From a bacterium (GTDB taxonomy: Bacteria; Verrucomicrobiota; Verrucomicrobiia; Limisphaerales; RI-55): DNA of 64,000 nucleotides. The stretch is taken from contig JANLTG010000043.1 in the NCBI GenBank assembly GCA_031362805.1, positions 5,395 to 69,394 of the forward strand. The letters are read 5' to 3'. Numbering within the stretch: position 1 is the stretch's first letter; each line of letters starts with the position of its first letter. Below the pieces are notes generated by a model, which did no database searches, was not told where the DNA came from, and worked only from the letters and a program-made list of their open reading frames with translations. This document shows, piece by piece, positions 61,286 through 64,000 of the stretch. Both the position numbers and the translations under genes were made by a program.

Positions 61286-62748
61286 GTCTTTCTCCCGTAG
61301 CCAACCATGCCCTCGGCCGGCCGTCGGCCCGGATCGTCCTGCAAAATCTCGGCGCTGCTCGGAATGATTCTCCCGTGTGGATCGCGCGTCGCGTAGGCGA
61401 GTCCCTTCTCCAGTTGGCGCACCACCTCTTCCCCCAGCACATGCTCAATCTCCTCGGCGTCGGCGTGAACGTGATCGGCGGCGATCTTGGCTTCGTTGGT
61501 GAGATAAAGCTCCCAGAGCCGGTGATTGCGGACGACGGCCCGGGCGCGCTGCCAGCCTTCCGGCGTGAGGTAAACCGCTTCGCCCGCTTCGTCGAACGTC
61601 GCCATGCCATGCTGGCGCAAGGCGCGCACCGCTTGCCGGATTTGTTCGATGGTCTCGCGCCGGAGTGCGCACAGTTCCTGGAGTGTCGCGCCTTCGCCGC
61701 GAAACTCGCGATCCTCCAACACGCGGAAGATCGCCTTGAGCAGATTCTCGCGTTCCACTCGTTGACTGCGGGAACGCTGGCGCCACCAGCGCGCCACCGT
61801 GCCGTGCCGCGGGCCAAACAGGAAGGCAGCGCCAAACAGAAAACTCGCGGCGAGAACCATGAACGGCCCGGTGGGCAAGTTGTTGCCGAGGAAGGAAAGG
61901 AACGCACCGAGAACGCCGGACGCGACGCCAAACGCCGCGGCGATCACCAGCATGCGATGCATGCGGTCCGTCAGGAGATACGCCGCCGCCGCCGGCGTGA
62001 TCAACATCGCCGAGACCAGCACCACCCCCACCGCCTGCAACGCAATTACGACCGCCGCCGCCAGCATCAACATGAGTCCATGGTGTAGCAACCGCGTGGG
62101 CAACCCAGTGGCCCGCGCAAACCCCGGGTCAAAACTGCTGACCAAAAGCTCCTTGTAGCAGAGCAACACTGCTGCGATCACGACCGTCGTCACGCCGGTC
62201 ATCAACTGCAGATCCTCCGTGCTGAGCGCCGCCGCCTGGCCGAAGAAAAACTTGTCGATGCCGCTCTTCGCACCGGTCGGTAGCCGCTCGATCATCTTTA
62301 CCAGACAGATGCCCACGGCGAAGAACGACGCGAGCACGAGGCCCAGCGCCGTGTCTTCCTTGAGTCGGGTGGTGTGGGTGATGGCGTAAACCGCCATGGT
62401 GCCCAGCAACCCGGCGATCGTGGCCCCGATGAAAATAGCGACGGGGTCCTTGGTCATGTTCCAGAGAAACCCGAGCGCCACGCCGGGCAACACGGCGTGG
62501 GAAAGCGCGTCGCCCATCAGCGACATCTTGCGCACCACGATGAAGCTGCCGAGCAAGCCACACGTGACACCGAGCAGCACGGATCCCAGCAAGACGGCGC
62601 GCAAGGATGGATCGCGCAGGCTGAAGAACCGCCAGGCCTGATCCAGCACGTTCGTGTCGGTCAGATCCCCGATCTTCGCCGCCTCAGCCGGCAACAAGCC
62701 GGCGAGCAACAGCGCAAACAGCAGCCAGATTTTCGGTTGGCGAAGCAT
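61282..62748 (-). CDS. Fusion protein: ABC-3 metal permease + C-terminal DtxR/MntR-family metalloregulator domain (YtgC-YtgR-like)
   Basis: The first ~300 aa are a permease (…SLMGDALSHAVLPGVALGF…). They are followed by ...NLLKAIFRVLED...TLQELCALRRETIEQIRQAVRALRQHGMATFDE...RNHRLWELYLTNEAKIAADHVHADAEEIEHVLGEEVVRQLEKGLAYATRDPHGRIIP. That is a winged HTH plus the DtxR dimerisation/metal-binding signature. Confidence 0.8.
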   Translation of the reverse strand: MLRQPKIWLLFALLLAGLLPAEAAKIGDLTDTNVLDQAWRFFSLRDPSLRAVLLGSVLLGVTCGLLGSFIVVRKMSLMGDALSHAVLPGVALGFLWNMTKDPVAIFIGATIAGLLGTMAVYAITHTTRLKEDTALGLVLASFFAVGICLVKMIERLPTGAKSGIDKFFFGQAAALSTEDLQLMTGVTTVVIAAVLLCYKELLVSSFDPGFARATGLPTRLLHHGLMLMLAAAVVIALQAVGVVLVSAMLITPAAAAYLLTDRMHRMLVIAAAFGVASGVLGAFLSFLGNNLPTGPFMVLAASFLFGAAFLFGPRHGTVARWWRQRSRSQRVERENLLKAIFRVLEDREFRGEGATLQELCALRRETIEQIRQAVRALRQHGMATFDEAGEAVYLTPEGWQRARAVVRNHRLWELYLTNEAKIAADHVHADAEEIEHVLGEEVVRQLEKGLAYATRDPHGRIIPSSAEILQDDPGRRPAEGMVGYGRKT

Positions 62749-62753
62749 GGCCG

Positions 62754-63602
62754 CTAACTGGTCTTCTGGCGGACGGCATCCGCCACTTCGGAAAGAATGG
62801 TCAGGCGACCGCCGTAAGTTTTCTGCAGCAACTCGTAGTTGAAAACCTCTTCCGTCGGGCCAAACGCGACCAGCCGCATGTTCAACAGGATCAGCAGGTC
62901 GAAATAGTTGCGCGCGGTCGGCAGATCGTGATGCACGACCAGCAGCGTCTTTCCCCGCGACTTCAGCTCATGCATGATTTCAACGATCGCAGACTCGGTC
63001 GCCGCATCCACGCCGGCGAACGGTTCGTCCATCAGGTATAGGTCACTCTCTTGGGCGAGCGCCCGGGCCAGAAACACGCGCTGCTGCTGGCCGCCGCTCA
63101 AGTTGGCGATCTGCCGATCCGCATAGGGCAGCATCTTCACCTTCTCCAGGCACTCGCGGGCGATCTCGCGATCCTGTTTCTTCGGCCGCTTGAACAAACC
63201 GAGCCGGCCGTAGCGCCCCATCAACACCACGTCCATGACGTTCACCGGAAAATCCCAGTCAACCGACTCCCGCTGCGGCACGTAGCCGACGCGCCGCAGG
63301 TTCGACTGAAACGGTTCGCCGAAAATCTTCACCCAGCCGCTGCTCAATGGCAGCAGCCCCATGATGGCCTTGATCAAGGTGGATTTGCCGGCGCCATTGG
63401 GGCCGATGATACCCACGAGCTTGCCTTTGGGAACTTGCAGGTCGATGCCCCACAGCACGGGTTTGCGATGATAGGAGACTGTCAGGTCATGGATCTCCAG
63501 GGGCAGCGCGCGCGGATCGGCGACGGGCGCCGTTTGGCCCGGCGTTAGGATCGCGAGTTCCCGGTTCTCCGGGCCTGGTTTGGGTGGCGTGGCGAGCGAC
63601 AT
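62754..63602 (-). CDS. Metal ABC transporter ATP-binding protein (ZnuC/TroB/YtgB-like)
   Basis: Shows Walker A GPNGAGKST, the signature LSGGQQQRVFLARAL and Walker B LYLMDEPFAGVD. Confidence 0.9.
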   Translation of the reverse strand: MSLATPPKPGPENRELAILTPGQTAPVADPRALPLEIHDLTVSYHRKPVLWGIDLQVPKGKLVGIIGPNGAGKSTLIKAIMGLLPLSSGWVKIFGEPFQSNLRRVGYVPQRESVDWDFPVNVMDVVLMGRYGRLGLFKRPKKQDREIARECLEKVKMLPYADRQIANLSGGQQQRVFLARALAQESDLYLMDEPFAGVDAATESAIVEIMHELKSRGKTLLVVHHDLPTARNYFDLLILLNMRLVAFGPTEEVFNYELLQKTYGGRLTILSEVADAVRQKTS

Positions 63603-63687
63603 GATATGAACGGCGCGTTCGATCGGGGACCGACCCCACGCCGCAAGCGTAGGCTAGGGCGGAGCAAGTTTGAGTCAAGTAGCAATG

Positions 63688-63701
63688 TTAGACCCTTCTA
63701 A
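63688..63701. promoter_or_regulatory. Palindromic box TTAGA-CCCT-TCTAA (candidate DtxR-family operator), site 2
   Basis: Centred about 92 nt upstream of the ABC ATPase ATG (63602). The extended form is GTTAGA-CCCT-TCTAAC, and the 17-mer TTAGACCCTTCTAACTT parallels site 1. Confidence 0.4.
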
Positions 63702-63745
63702 CTTCAATTCTGGAGCGACCGCTTGTGAATCTTCACTTCAATTGA

Positions 63746-64000
63746 TTAGGACACTGTCAGGTCGCGCTGAATGTAAGGCTCGAACTCCGCGCGCACGTGC
63801 GGCGGGATGCGCGCCTTGAAGCGCGCCTGTTCGCCCGTGTAATCGCGCTCAACGATCTGGCCGACCTCGTGCAACCGGGCGATCACCGCCGAACGTTCAT
63901 GGGGCACTCGAAGCTCCAGGAACTCCCGCACCGGCCGCAGTTGCGCGCCCAGTTCCGCCAGCAGCTCTGTGATGCCCTGGCCGGTCTTCGCGGAAACTGT
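63746..64000 (-). CDS. hflX: GTPase C-terminal fragment, HflX-like (5' part beyond right window edge)
   Basis: The reading frame is open to base 64000. ...TVSAKTGQGITELLAELGAQLRPVREFLELRVPHERSAVIARLHEVGQIVERDYTGEQARFKARIPPHVRAEFEPYIQRDL shows a G5 SAK motif followed by an HflX-type C-terminal domain. Confidence 0.55.
   Translation of the reverse strand, partial: TVSAKTGQGITELLAELGAQLRPVREFLELRVPHERSAVIARLHEVGQIVERDYTGEQARFKARIPPHVRAEFEPYIQRDLTVS

Overview
High-GC (~60%) bacterial chromosomal segment; the gene content suggests the PVC superphylum (Verrucomicrobiota-like), but this is inference only. Bases 1-33.6 kb are one long minus-strand exopolysaccharide (EPS) locus of the PEP-CTERM/exosortase-associated type. 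It encodes a priming sugar transferase, a WbpA/B/D/E-like diacetamido-uronic acid pathway, a Wzc-like co-polymerase/kinase and several GT2/GT4 enzymes. It also encodes a Wzy/O-antigen-ligase-like protein, a Wzx flippase, deacetylases, an AsnB-like amidotransferase, a FemAB/CelD-like GNAT, a second sugar dehydrogenase, an MBOAT plus SGNH O-acylation pair and nadE. No exosortase or PEP-CTERM substrate is visible, but PrsK/PrsR-like sigma-54 regulators lie at 46.5-50 kb. The rest of the window is mostly housekeeping or accessory: UbiA, an EEP phosphatase, yjbQ, an FtsX-type permease and dnaE. Further along come an antitoxin with a frameshifted RelE/ParE toxin and a PPP phosphatase, two SPFH proteins, DUF4149 and a Pur-alpha-like protein. 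The remainder holds a metal-binding SBP, pyrE, an RND pump, a large S8 protease, DUF3445, a YtgB/YtgC-YtgR/YtgD-like metal ABC operon and the hflX 3' end. No transposase, integrase, CRISPR array or recognisable defence system was found. The most unusual observations are these. (1) About 4.4 kb of spacer DNA inside the EPS operon is built from a mosaic of short repeat modules, many of them register-preserving 7-nt arrays, with one copy inserted in-frame in a deacetylase gene. (2) A structurally aberrant tRNA-Ala(GGC)-like gene sits between a FemAB-like gene and a Cys-less AsnB-like gene. (3) A conserved TTAGA-N4-TCTAA box lies upstream of both metal-transport units, one of which encodes a permease fused to a DtxR-like domain. 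All calls come from reading the sequence and ORF translations by eye; no searches were run.
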